A stretch of 64,000 nucleotides of DNA from Candidatus Moraniibacteriota bacterium (GTDB taxonomy: Bacteria; Patescibacteriota; Minisyncoccia; Moranbacterales; UBA9337), in contig JALSQF010000010.1 in the NCBI GenBank assembly GCA_026985555.1, positions 26,112 through 90,111 of the forward strand. The letters run 5' to 3'. Made by a program: the position numbers and the translations under genes. Shown here in pieces: positions 32,282-41,314 of this stretch (positions are counted from its first letter, which is position 1; every line of letters starts with the position of its first letter). Below the pieces are notes generated by a model. That model saw nothing but the letters and a program-made list of their open reading frames with translations, was not told the DNA's origin and did not search any database.

Positions 32282-32423
32282 AATTGTATGTTGTTGTTCT
32301 GCCGCCTCGGCGCTTCATGCTTCGGCAAACAAATTCGCTAGTATTTTCTAAAGATTTTTAAAAGAAATAGAATTTTTTTCATTTTCGCAAAAGATTTATT
32401 ATTTGATAGTTTTAAAAGATTCA

Positions 32424-32454
32424 ACTCGTTTGGTTTTTAACCAGACGAGTTTTT
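32424..32454 (+). terminator. Rho-independent terminator hairpin (part of the left direct repeat flanking the GC-rich gene)
   Basis: ctcgtttgg-ttttta-accagacgag plus ttttt. A second copy with compensatory base changes lies at 33334-33366. Confidence 0.7.
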
Positions 32455-32455
32455 C

Positions 32456-32493
32456 TTTCTGGCTATTTAAATGGATATTTAAATAGCCAGAAA
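32456..32493. repeat. Palindromic repeat element, copy 2
   Basis: TTTCTGGCTATTTAAAT-GGATAT-TTAAATAGCCAGAAA; the centre is inverted relative to copy 1. Confidence 0.9.
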
Positions 32494-32570
32494 GAATTAG
32501 TTTTACAAATCTATTTATTATAAAAAACTAATAAGAATCTAATATTTAAACAATACAAAAATGCAAGGTA

Positions 32571-32599
32571 TTGACAAAAAAGAAAAAATAAGCTATAAT
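32571..32599 (+). promoter_or_regulatory. Consensus sigma-70 promoter (TTGACA-N17-TATAAT) driving the GC-rich ORF
   Basis: Exact -35 and -10 hexamers with a 17-nt spacer. The upstream context aggtattgaca is shared with the promoter at 19942. Confidence 0.7.
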
Positions 32600-32662
32600 G
32601 GTCGGTTAGTTTGAGTGAAGTTCTTTAAAAATTTTTTAAAAAATTTAACAAAGGAGGAAAAA

Positions 32663-33325
32663 ATGAAAACAACAGAAAAAAGAAGAGAGCTGGTGAACAT
32701 GGTTAAAGAAATTCTCCTTTCTAAAGGAGAGGAGAAAAAAAATTCCCTTCTTGCTGCCAAGGTGGCAGTGAAGATGGGGAAAAAGAAGCTTGACAAAGAG
32801 GTCATCTCCATTGTCAGGCAGGCCAGGGCCGAATTGGCTTACGCCAAGGAGGCCAGGGAGACTATTCTTAATTTTTGTCAAAAAAACAGGGACTTCAGCA
32901 GGAGTCCCTACAAATTAGCGGATGCGGTTTTTCGGACAGAGCATCCGCACTGTCCCTTTTCGGCTGTTATGGCAGAGGCGAAAGCCCTTCTGGCCGACTG
33001 GAAGAAGGATCTGGAAATCTTTGGTAAGGATTGGCGCCGACGTGTCAATTATGCCAAGGATATTTTGGAGGAAGAAAATAGTGTTGCCAAAACGAACGAG
33101 TTGTATGCGGTTCGTTTTGACGATAATCCCCTTTTGCGTCAGAAGGTTTTTCGAATGGCGCTGAGGGAGTTAGAGAGAAATGCTTCTGATTTTAAGGCCA
33201 GAGTATCTCAAATAAAAATCCCTTCTCCTCCAAGTGGGGAGGGAAAAAAGAAAAAGAAAATAAAAAAGAAAAAAAGGCGTCAACGTGACGCCAAAATTCG
33301 CAACAATGTGTTGCGAATGTTTTAA
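32663..33325 (+). CDS. Hypothetical alpha-helical protein encoded by a compositionally foreign (GC-rich) gene; AT-rich lysine-rich C-terminal tail
   Basis: Perfect RBS (AAGGAGG-N7-ATG at 32663). Codon usage (AGG, GCC, AAG, CTG) is unlike every other gene in the window. The ORF-track start at 32615 is probably an upstream extension. Confidence 0.6.
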   Translation: MKTTEKRRELVNMVKEILLSKGEEKKNSLLAAKVAVKMGKKKLDKEVISIVRQARAELAYAKEARETILNFCQKNRDFSRSPYKLADAVFRTEHPHCPFSAVMAEAKALLADWKKDLEIFGKDWRRRVNYAKDILEEENSVAKTNELYAVRFDDNPLLRQKVFRMALRELERNASDFKARVSQIKIPSPPSGEGKKKKKIKKKKRRQRDAKIRNNVLRMF

Positions 33326-33333
33326 AAAAATCA

Positions 33334-33366
33334 ACCCGTCTGTGGTTTTTAACCAGGCGGGTTTTT
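33334..33366 (+). terminator. Rho-independent terminator hairpin (right direct-repeat copy)
   Basis: cccgtctgtgg-ttttta-accaggcggg plus ttttt. Confidence 0.65.
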
Positions 33367-33367
33367 C

Positions 33368-33405
33368 TTTCTGGCTATTTAAATGGATATTTAAATAGCC
33401 AGAAA
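33368..33405. repeat. Palindromic repeat element, copy 3
   Basis: Identical in sequence to copy 2. Confidence 0.9.
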
Positions 33406-33513
33406 AAGAGTTGGTTTTCTATTTTTTATATTTATTATATTTTTTTATTTCAGCAGTTGATTTTTAATAATAAGAAAGTTAAAATTAAAAGGATTTTTTA
33501 ATTAAAATAATTT

Positions 33514-34194
33514 ATGTCAAATAATAAGAAAAAAATACTGTTAGGGTTAACAACTACTTCGGGATCTAATTGGCGAGAAAAAATTGAAGAAATTAAAAAA
33601 TACAATATTCAAGATATAGCTTTGTTTTTAACAGGTATTCAAAAAAAGGAAAGAGAAGAATTGTATTATCTTTTAGAAAAAACAAAAATTGATTTCATTT
33701 ATCATATTCACATTAGAAGTGATATGGCAGAAAAAGAATTAGAGTATTTAGTAAAGAAATACAGAGTGCAAGCTTTGAATATTCATTCTCAACGTTCTCG
33801 GTTTGCTTTTCCAAATTTTCCAACAAGATTTAAAAAAATTACTTATATAGAAAATACAGTCGTAGTTCCAACTTTTCAAGAATTAAATCAATTTGCGGGG
33901 GTGTGTATAGATTTCTCTCATTGGGATGTGTATAAATTTTTTCACTGGAAAGAATATCAAAGAATGAAAAGAGTAGTTAAACAATATCCCATAGGATGTT
34001 GCCATGTTTCAGCGGTGCGTTATTTTAAAAAAATTAGAATTTCTTTTGATAAACATAAAGCCAGACGCCAACAAGAATTTGATTACTTAAAAAAATATAA
34101 AAATTATTTACCTCAATACATTAGTTTAGAATTAGAAAATAGTTTTCAAGAACAATTAGTTTATAAAAAATATATAGAATCTTTTTTAAACTAA
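33514..34194 (+). CDS. Hypothetical protein
   Basis: 226 aa with no recognisable motif; only His/Cys-containing blocks (FIYHIHIRSD, IGCCHVSAV). Confidence 0.4.
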   Translation: MSNNKKKILLGLTTTSGSNWREKIEEIKKYNIQDIALFLTGIQKKEREELYYLLEKTKIDFIYHIHIRSDMAEKELEYLVKKYRVQALNIHSQRSRFAFPNFPTRFKKITYIENTVVVPTFQELNQFAGVCIDFSHWDVYKFFHWKEYQRMKRVVKQYPIGCCHVSAVRYFKKIRISFDKHKARRQQEFDYLKKYKNYLPQYISLELENSFQEQLVYKKYIESFLN

Positions 34195-34289
34195 TAATTT
34201 TTAAATAAAAAAAATAAAAAATTATTATACAAAAGGTTGCTTTTTGTTTTTTTTATGCTACTCTATAACAAATTAATCTTATTAAAATT

Positions 34290-34604
34290 ATGTTTGATCC
34301 AGGTCCCAGTGATTTTAATGTGCTCATCTTTTTTTTAATTATTTCCTTTATTATTTCTATTTTGATTTATTCTTTTTTTAAAAAAATGGATTGGGCTTTT
34401 TTTTCTTTTTCTGTTTTGAGTAATGTTAGTTTTTATATTTTATCAAACTCTCTAATGTTTGTTGAAAATGATGCAATTTGGATTATGAAATTTACTTTTA
34501 ATTATTGGCCATGGTTAAATGGTTTTCTTTTAATCTTTTTAATTATTAAGTGGTTTAGAAAAAGGAGGCTGAACAGTAAAGAAAATGGGAAAAAATTTTT
34601 TTAG
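34290..34604 (+). CDS. Small membrane protein, hypothetical
   Basis: 104 aa with 3 hydrophobic segments. Confidence 0.35.
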   Translation: MFDPGPSDFNVLIFFLIISFIISILIYSFFKKMDWAFFSFSVLSNVSFYILSNSLMFVENDAIWIMKFTFNYWPWLNGFLLIFLIIKWFRKRRLNSKENGKKFF

Positions 34605-37206
34605 AATTTTATTTATCTTTCTTTTTTTATTAGCTCCTGAAGTTTCTTGGTTAGAATCTTTCGCTCAACCATATTCTCAATATTCTCAACCAATTATAAT
34701 TTCTTTAAATACGGTTTGGCATAAAGAAGATAAATTGATTTTTCAAAGACCGATAGTTATAGTTAATGGCGCCACTTTAACTATTGAAAAAGGAACTCAA
34801 ATTATTTTTAAAAATAAAAAAGACTTTAGAGTCCCTCTTGGCATTAAGGTTCTGAAAGGGAAAATAATTGCTCAAGGAGAAACTCAGTCCAAAATTATTT
34901 TTCTTTCTCAAGATAAAACTCCTTTTAGCCTTTCCATAGAAAGCAAAGAACAACAATCTTTTTTTCGCTATGTAAAAATTATTGGCGGAGGATATCAATT
35001 AGCTTTTCATAGCCATAATTCTAATTTTAATTTTTTTTCTAAAGCTTACGCTTTTAGGGGTATCCTAGGGCAAGCAGCTTTGGAAGTTAGGGGTGGAAAA
35101 ATTAAAGTAGAAAATACAGAGTTTTTAAATAGCCATTATGCAGATGTAGAAACAGGAATAGGAACAGAATATGATAAGGAAAATCAAGAATTGAAAAATG
35201 TTTATTTACCTCAAGTAACCATTGTGAATAGTAATTTTTCTTTTACACCTGCTCTTGTAGGTAATCAATGTAGAGAGTATAAGGAGATGTTAGGAAAGAA
35301 TAATCCTCAAGAATGTTCTCAAAGTGTTTTTTTAAAAGATAATTGGTATGGTTTTTCTCAAGAGGAAAAAAAGGAAAAGTTTAAATTGCAAGGAGACTAT
35401 TTAAAAAAGGGTTCTAGAAAAAGTAGTTTGATTTTAGATCCAGTGGTTTTTATTCCAGGAATTTTAGGATCAGATTTTAATAGAGAAGGAGAATTAAAAA
35501 TAGATCCCATCTGGCATCAATACGATGATCTACTTCAATCATTGCAAAAAAATGGTTTTCCAGAAAACAAAAAATTATTTCTTTTTCCTTATAACTGGCG
35601 TTTTAAGAATGAAGTTAGCGCTGCGCTTTTAAGAGAAAAGATTAAACAAATTCAAAAAGAAACACAAATTTCTAAAGTAGACATAGTGGCTCATTCTATG
35701 GGCGGATTAGTAGCGCGAGCCTATGCGGAAAAAAAAGACTATGCTAATAATATTGATCAAATGATTTTTTTAGGAACGCCTCATCAGGGAGCGCCAAAAG
35801 CTTTTTTAATGTGGGAAGGAGGAGAGGGCTATCAATTTTTATTGGCTAGGCATTTGCGTCATGAAGCAGAAGAAAATAATTATGATGAATTGTATCAATA
35901 TGTTCAAGAAAAAACTCCTTCTGTTAAAGAACTACTGCCAGTTTATAGTTATTTGTTTGATCTGGAGAAAAATAATCTTGAAAAATATCCTCAAGGTTAT
36001 CCGGTTAATTCTTTTTTAGAAAAATTAAACGCAACGGATAATTTATATAAATTAGAAAAAATAAATATAATTAATATTATAGGAAAAACTAGGAAAAATA
36101 ATACCATTGGTAAAATTAGAGTAAATAAAAGTATTTCTTTTGCTGAAAAAAAATGGGTAGATGGTTATCCAGAAAAATTTGATGATAAAAAAACAGATAG
36201 AGGTTTAGAACTTGTTTCTGGTGATGGGACTGTGCCCTTTCAAAGCGCTGAAAAAATTCCATTTAATAAAGAAATAATTTTGGAAACTACACACACTAAT
36301 CTACCTACTGAAGCTCAGTGTGAAATTTTTTCAGAACTAACTTTATTAGAAAAAAATAAGTGTCAATTTATTGATAATTGGCATAGTCCTAACTGGTTAT
36401 TATTTCATATTTTTTCTCCCGTAGATGTCCAAGTAATAGATCCTTTAAAAAGGAAAATTGGAAAGGATTTTTCTACAGGGAAAATTTTTAATGAAATTTA
36501 TGGAGCTTATTATAGTGGATATAAAACAAAGAAAGAATTCTTAGCTATTCCTTTTCCTCAAGAAGGGAAGTATAGAATTTTAACTCAAGGAGTAGGTCAA
36601 GGAAAATATAGAATTGAAGTAGCTTATCTTTCTCAAAATAAAAACGGAGAAATAATTGATAGCCAAATTATTTATCAAGGAAAAACTTCTCTTCAAGAAG
36701 AAAATCAACAGGTTTTTTTCTTGAAAGATAATTTGTTATCAAAAGAAGAAACCAATCAAAAAGATTATCAAGAAGAGAACAAAGATAATATCAATCATAA
36801 TGTGGACAATAATGTTATTTTAGAAAGTTTAAATAATTCTTCGGTGTCTCAAAACAAGCACCAAAAGAAAGATTCTTCTGATTCTCAAAAACAAAAAAAG
36901 AAAAACCCAAAAAAAAATTTAAAATCAAAGAAAATAATTCAATCAAAAAAGAAGCTATCTTTCTCTAAAAATAAAACTAATTATTCGGAAAAAATAAAGG
37001 AAGAGAATTATCAGAGTAAAGAAAATCTAGTTACAGAAAAGAAAGTGAAAGGAGAGGAAAATAATATTTATAAAATCAAAAAAAATAATTCGCAGAAAAC
37101 AAAAAAGAATTTTTTAAAAAGATTATTACTAATTATAGGTATAGTAGTTTTAACTCTTATAATTTTTGGATGGAAAAAAATATTTGGAAAAAAAACCAAA
37201 GAATAA
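34585..37206 (+). CDS. Large secreted/surface-anchored alpha/beta-hydrolase (lipase/esterase) with a lysine-rich spacer and a C-terminal TM anchor
   Basis: Signal peptide, a beta-rich N-terminal region, an oxyanion-hole-like PVVFIPGILGS, the nucleophile elbow AHSMGG (GxSxG), a K-rich low-complexity tail and a terminal hydrophobic helix (LLLIIGIVVLTLIIFGW). Confidence 0.65.
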   Translation: MGKNFFRILFIFLFLLAPEVSWLESFAQPYSQYSQPIIISLNTVWHKEDKLIFQRPIVIVNGATLTIEKGTQIIFKNKKDFRVPLGIKVLKGKIIAQGETQSKIIFLSQDKTPFSLSIESKEQQSFFRYVKIIGGGYQLAFHSHNSNFNFFSKAYAFRGILGQAALEVRGGKIKVENTEFLNSHYADVETGIGTEYDKENQELKNVYLPQVTIVNSNFSFTPALVGNQCREYKEMLGKNNPQECSQSVFLKDNWYGFSQEEKKEKFKLQGDYLKKGSRKSSLILDPVVFIPGILGSDFNREGELKIDPIWHQYDDLLQSLQKNGFPENKKLFLFPYNWRFKNEVSAALLREKIKQIQKETQISKVDIVAHSMGGLVARAYAEKKDYANNIDQMIFLGTPHQGAPKAFLMWEGGEGYQFLLARHLRHEAEENNYDELYQYVQEKTPSVKELLPVYSYLFDLEKNNLEKYPQGYPVNSFLEKLNATDNLYKLEKINIINIIGKTRKNNTIGKIRVNKSISFAEKKWVDGYPEKFDDKKTDRGLELVSGDGTVPFQSAEKIPFNKEIILETTHTNLPTEAQCEIFSELTLLEKNKCQFIDNWHSPNWLLFHIFSPVDVQVIDPLKRKIGKDFSTGKIFNEIYGAYYSGYKTKKEFLAIPFPQEGKYRILTQGVGQGKYRIEVAYLSQNKNGEIIDSQIIYQGKTSLQEENQQVFFLKDNLLSKEETNQKDYQEENKDNINHNVDNNVILESLNNSSVSQNKHQKKDSSDSQKQKKKNPKKNLKSKKIIQSKKKLSFSKNKTNYSEKIKEENYQSKENLVTEKKVKGEENNIYKIKKNNSQKTKKNFLKRLLLIIGIVVLTLIIFGWKKIFGKKTKE

Positions 37207-37225
37207 GTCTTATCTTTTCTTTAAT

Positions 37226-37275
37226 TTTCTGGCTATTTAAATATCCATTTAAATGGATATTTAAATAGCCAGAAA
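37226..37275. repeat. Palindromic repeat element, copy 4 (longest form, perfect 44-nt palindrome core)
   Basis: ctggctatttaaatatccatttaaatggatatttaaatagccag. Copies 1-3 look like centre-deleted versions. Confidence 0.9.
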
Positions 37276-37584
37276 AGATTTTGTTTTTCTAAAAATAAAA
37301 GTTTATTTAAATTATTTATAAGTATAAAGATAAAGCAGATTGTATTTTGAAAATACTGAATTGAAAGTTAGTAAAGTTGTTTACGAAAACTATTGACAAG
37401 AAAAAAATATTTTGTTAGTTTATACAAGGTGTTGTCAAAAAATAAATGTTATGCTAAAGTAAAAAATAAGTAAGGAGGTTTTTTTATTTGTTTTATTTTT
37501 TATTAATTTTTTAAATAATAAATATTAAAAAATATTAAACGATAGGCAGGGTGGTTAATCTCTGTCAATCGTCCAATAAAATCT

Positions 37585-38775
37585 ATGGCGGAAAAATTTG
37601 AACGTAACAAAACCCATGTCAATGTAGGAACAATAGGACATGTTGATCATGGTAAAACAACCTTAACAGCGGCTATTTTGCATGTGTTAAGTTTGAAAGG
37701 AATGGCTCAAGAGAAAAAAGTGGAAGATATTGACAATGCGCCAGAAGAAAAAGAAAGAGGAATTACCATTGCAACAGCTCATTGTGAATATGAGTCAGAA
37801 GGACGTCACTATGCTCATGTAGATTGTCCTGGTCATGCTGATTATATCAAAAATATGATTACAGGAGCAGCTCAAATGGATGGAGCTATTCTTGTAGTAA
37901 GTGCTACTGATGGTCCTATGCCTCAAACACGTGAGCACATTTTGTTAGCGCGTCAAGTAGGTGTGCCAGCTATTGTTGTTTTTATAAATAAAGTAGACAT
38001 GGTAGATGATCCTGAATTAGTAGATTTAGTAGAAGAAGAAGTAAGAGAATTACTAAATAAATATGAGTTTGATGGTGATAATGCAGCTGTTATTAGAGGT
38101 TCTGCCATGAAAGCGCTAGAAGCTAAATCTGTTGATGATGAAGCAGCTAAACCAATTATAGAATTAATTAAGGCTTTAGATGAAAAAATTCCAGAACCAG
38201 TGCGTGATACAGATAAGCCATTTTTAATGCCAATAGAAGATATTTTTTCCATTGAAGGAAGAGGAACTGTAGCCACAGGTAGAATTGAAAGAGGAGTAGT
38301 TAATGTAAACGATGAAGTGGAAATAGTGGGACTAAGAGATACACAAAAAACAGTGGTAACGGGAATTGAAATGTTTAATAAATCATTGGATCAGGGTGTA
38401 GCAGGAGATAATGCGGGAGTTCTTTTAAGGGGAATTAAAAAAGAAGATATTGAGAGAGGTCAAGTTGTAGCTAAACCAGGATCTATAACTCCTCATACGG
38501 AATTTGAAGGAGAAGTATATATTTTAACTAAAGAAGAAGGTGGAAGACATACCCCATTTTTCAAAGGGTATAAACCACAATTTTATATTAGAACTACTGA
38601 TGTAACAGGAGAAGTAGAGCTTCCAGAAGGAACAGAAATGGTTATGCCAGGAGATACAGTTAATTTGAAAATTAAATTAGTTTCTCCAGTGGCCATGGAA
38701 GATGGAATGAGATTTGCTATTCGTGAAGGAGGACGTACTGTAGGAGCAGGAGTAGTAACTAAAATTATCAAATAA
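37585..38775 (+). CDS. tuf: Elongation factor Tu
   Basis: [25 protein letters not shown] and a highly conserved full-length EF-Tu. Confidence 0.97.
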   Translation: MAEKFERNKTHVNVGTIGHVDHGKTTLTAAILHVLSLKGMAQEKKVEDIDNAPEEKERGITIATAHCEYESEGRHYAHVDCPGHADYIKNMITGAAQMDGAILVVSATDGPMPQTREHILLARQVGVPAIVVFINKVDMVDDPELVDLVEEEVRELLNKYEFDGDNAAVIRGSAMKALEAKSVDDEAAKPIIELIKALDEKIPEPVRDTDKPFLMPIEDIFSIEGRGTVATGRIERGVVNVNDEVEIVGLRDTQKTVVTGIEMFNKSLDQGVAGDNAGVLLRGIKKEDIERGQVVAKPGSITPHTEFEGEVYILTKEEGGRHTPFFKGYKPQFYIRTTDVTGEVELPEGTEMVMPGDTVNLKIKLVSPVAMEDGMRFAIREGGRTVGAGVVTKIIK

Positions 38776-38785
38776 ATTTTATTTG

Positions 38786-38830
38786 AGAGAATATAGCTAG
38801 CGTAAGTTTTTGCGCTAGCCCTTATTCTCT
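38786..38830 (+). terminator. Extended hairpin between tuf and rpsJ (attenuator/terminator candidate; no clean T-run)
   Basis: agagaata-t-agctagcg-loop-cgctagc-cc-ttattctct. Confidence 0.45.
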
Positions 38831-38884
38831 TAAAAGTAATAAATAACAAAAAGAGAATATTTAACAAATCAGTCATTTTATTCA

Positions 38885-39208
38885 ATGAAAAGTTCAACAG
38901 AGGAAAAATCAAGAATTAGAATTAAAATTAGAGCTTATGACAATAAAGTTATTGATCAATCAGCTCAAAAAATTATTGAAGTAGCTAAAAGAACAGACGC
39001 TGAAATATCTGGTCCAGTTCCTTTGCCGACAGAAATCCATAAAATGACAGTTAATAAATCTACTTTTGTGCATAAAGATTCTCGTGATCAATACGAGATG
39101 CGCGTGCATAAAAGATTAATTGATATTTGGAACCCTAAACCAAAAACAATTGATGATTTAACCAATCTGGATTTACCGGCAGGAGTAGATATTGAAATTA
39201 AAATGTAG
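38885..39208 (+). CDS. rpsJ: 30S ribosomal protein S10
   Basis: [16 protein letters not shown]...; first gene of the S10 cluster. Confidence 0.9.
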   Translation: MKSSTEEKSRIRIKIRAYDNKVIDQSAQKIIEVAKRTDAEISGPVPLPTEIHKMTVNKSTFVHKDSRDQYEMRVHKRLIDIWNPKPKTIDDLTNLDLPAGVDIEIKM

Positions 39209-39371
39209 ATTTTTAATTAAAATATTCTAGTTAAAGTCTTTCTTTAAGAAAGATACTTGACTAGCCAAAACTTTCATAATAGTATTATATTATGAAGTAA
39301 GTTTTTTAGAAACTGGCTAGTAAGCCATTTTTTGTTTAGCTATTTTTATTAGTTTATAGATACAAGAAATT

Positions 39372-39944
39372 ATGAAATTTATTTTAGGAAAAAAATTAGG
39401 AATGACTACTCTTTATGATGAAGAAAGAGGAGCTCTAAATATTACTTTAATTGAATGTGAACCAAACGAAGTAACACTGAAAAGAGAAGAGAAAAAAGAT
39501 GGATATTTAGCCGTTCAATTAAAAGTAAAAAAAACAGCTAAAAAAGATTATTTAAAAGAGTTTCGTTGTAAAGAGGCAAAAGAATTAGATAAATTTAAAG
39601 TAGGAGATAAGATTAAAGTAGATGTTTTTGAATTAGATGAGAAAGTTAAAATTTCTGGAATAACCAAAGCAAAAGGATTTCAAGGAGTAATGAAAAGACA
39701 TGGATTTCATGGTTCTCCAGCTACTCATGGACATCGTCATGATCATCGCGCGCCTGGTTCTATCGGAAGCGCTTTTCCAGAACATGTCCTAAAAGGTAAG
39801 AAAATGGCAGGAAGAATGGGAGCGAGAAAATTTACAGTTTCAAATTTGAAAATAGTTTTTATTGATAAAGAAAAAAATTTAATTGGAGTAAAAGGAGCTG
39901 TTCCAGGAATAGAAAAAGGAATAGTTTCATTAGTAGTTGAATAA
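39372..39944 (+). CDS. rplC: 50S ribosomal protein L3
   Basis: GKKLGMTTLYDE..., FQGVMKRHGFHG. Confidence 0.9.
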   Translation: MKFILGKKLGMTTLYDEERGALNITLIECEPNEVTLKREEKKDGYLAVQLKVKKTAKKDYLKEFRCKEAKELDKFKVGDKIKVDVFELDEKVKISGITKAKGFQGVMKRHGFHGSPATHGHRHDHRAPGSIGSAFPEHVLKGKKMAGRMGARKFTVSNLKIVFIDKEKNLIGVKGAVPGIEKGIVSLVVE

Positions 39945-39948
39945 ACAT

Positions 39949-40587
39949 ATGACAAAAATTTCAATTTATAGTTTAAATGGCAAAAAGGTTGGAGAAGAAA
40001 AAATTTCTTCCGAAGTTTTTGGATTATCTGATAATGATCAACTTTTACATCAAGTTTATGTGAGTCAAAGAGCTAATCAAAGACAAGTCATAGCACATAC
40101 AAAAAATCGTTCTGAAAGAGCTGGTTCTGGGAAAAAACCTTGGAAACAAAAAGGAACAGGTAATGCAAGAACAGGATCTATCCGTAATCCTATCTGGAGA
40201 GGGGGAGGAATTGTTTTTGGTCCTACTAAAAATAGAAATTTTAAAAAAAATATCAATCAGAAAATGAAACAAAAAGCTATTAAAATAGCTTTGAGCGCTA
40301 AAATTAGAAATGAGAGAATGATTGTTGTAGATAAATTAGAAATTAAAGAAAAAAAGACGCAAGCCTTTGCAAAAGCTCTGGAAAAATTAAAAATAAAAGG
40401 AAGTTTATTAGTAGGATTTAATCAAAAAGAAAGTGATAATTATCTTTATTTACGTAATATTGCCAATACCAAAGGTATTTTAGAAAATCAAATCAATGTA
40501 TTAGATATGTTAAATTACAAATATTTATTATTAAGTATAGATTCAGTTAAGTCTATTGAAAAACGTTATAGTAAAAGTAAGAAATAG
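39949..40587 (+). CDS. rplD: 50S ribosomal protein L4
   Basis: KPWKQKGTGNARTGSIRNPIWRGGG; the ATG at 39949 is preferred over the TTG start of the ORF track. Confidence 0.85.
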   Translation: MTKISIYSLNGKKVGEEKISSEVFGLSDNDQLLHQVYVSQRANQRQVIAHTKNRSERAGSGKKPWKQKGTGNARTGSIRNPIWRGGGIVFGPTKNRNFKKNINQKMKQKAIKIALSAKIRNERMIVVDKLEIKEKKTQAFAKALEKLKIKGSLLVGFNQKESDNYLYLRNIANTKGILENQINVLDMLNYKYLLLSIDSVKSIEKRYSKSKK

Positions 40588-40601
40588 TTAAAATTTTTAA
40601 T

Positions 40602-40973
40602 ATGGGAATTTTTCAATCAAAAAAAGAGGAAAAAAAGAAAAATATTAAGAAAGAAAAATCTGTTACTGAAAAGAAAATGGTAATAAAAGAGGATAAAGGG
40701 GCGGCTAGAGTATTGCTTTCTCCTTGGATTACTGAAAAAACTCATAATCTTATGGATGATAGACAATATGTTTTTAAAGTTTTTCCTAAAGCTACTAAAA
40801 AAAATATTAAACAAGCCATTAAAAGTATTTATAATGTAACTCCAGAATCAGTAAAAATTATTAATATTCATCGTAAAAAGAAAAAGGCAGGACTAAAAAC
40901 AGTTTATCGTTCTGGATTTAAAAAAGCTATAATTAAATTAAAACCTAAAGATAAAATTGAAATATATGAGTAG
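40602..40973 (+). CDS. rplW: 50S ribosomal protein L23 (K-rich N-terminal extension)
   Basis: An L23 core ([10 protein letters not shown]..., [10 protein letters not shown]) preceded by a roughly 30-aa basic extension. Confidence 0.8.
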   Translation: MGIFQSKKEEKKKNIKKEKSVTEKKMVIKEDKGAARVLLSPWITEKTHNLMDDRQYVFKVFPKATKKNIKQAIKSIYNVTPESVKIINIHRKKKKAGLKTVYRSGFKKAIIKLKPKDKIEIYE

Positions 40974-41292
40974 AAGTTTAAAAAAGGGTCCTTATATAGA
41001 TCCACGTTTGCTAAAGAAAATAGAAAATTTAAAACCTGGTGATAAAACAGTGATTAAGACTTGGTCTCGTGCTTCTACAATTAGTCCAGAAATGGTGGGT
41101 TTTACTTTTGGTGTTCATAATGGGAAAGAGTTTATCAAAGTTTATGTAACTGAAGAAATGGTGGGTCATAAATTAGGAGAATTTTCTCCAACAAGAAAAT
41201 TTTTCCGTCATGGTGGTAGAATGCAAAAAGAATTAGAACAAGCTGCTAAACAAAGAGAGATTGAAGCGGCTAAAGCAGCTAAAAAATCATAA
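40966..41292 (+). CDS. rpsS: 30S ribosomal protein S19 (directly after L23; L2 is not in its canonical slot)
   Basis: [28 protein letters not shown] and [13 protein letters not shown]. Confidence 0.9.
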   Translation: MSRSLKKGPYIDPRLLKKIENLKPGDKTVIKTWSRASTISPEMVGFTFGVHNGKEFIKVYVTEEMVGHKLGEFSPTRKFFRHGGRMQKELEQAAKQREIEAAKAAKKS

Positions 41293-41314
41293 AAAGTGTT
41301 AATATTTAATTACT

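Noticed and set aside
32593-33164. Three extra ORFs overlapping the GC-rich gene (32593-32811 minus strand, 32645-32881 minus strand, 32922-33164 plus strand).
   Set aside because: GC-rich DNA has few stop codons in any frame, so these are expected artefacts. Only the 32663-33325 frame has a perfect RBS and promoter.
37471-37514. Strong SD-like TAAGGAGGT followed by a possible TTG-initiated 8-codon mini-ORF upstream of tuf (leader peptide?).
   Set aside because: It is too short, has a non-ATG start, and has no supporting structure. The mini-ORF may simply be a by-product of the promoter/repeat cassette.
37585-38775. tuf looks GC-richer than its surroundings; considered horizontal transfer.
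   Set aside because: EF-Tu is under extreme purifying selection and is typically GC-elevated in AT-rich genomes. Its codon choice otherwise matches the host, unlike the 32663-33325 gene.
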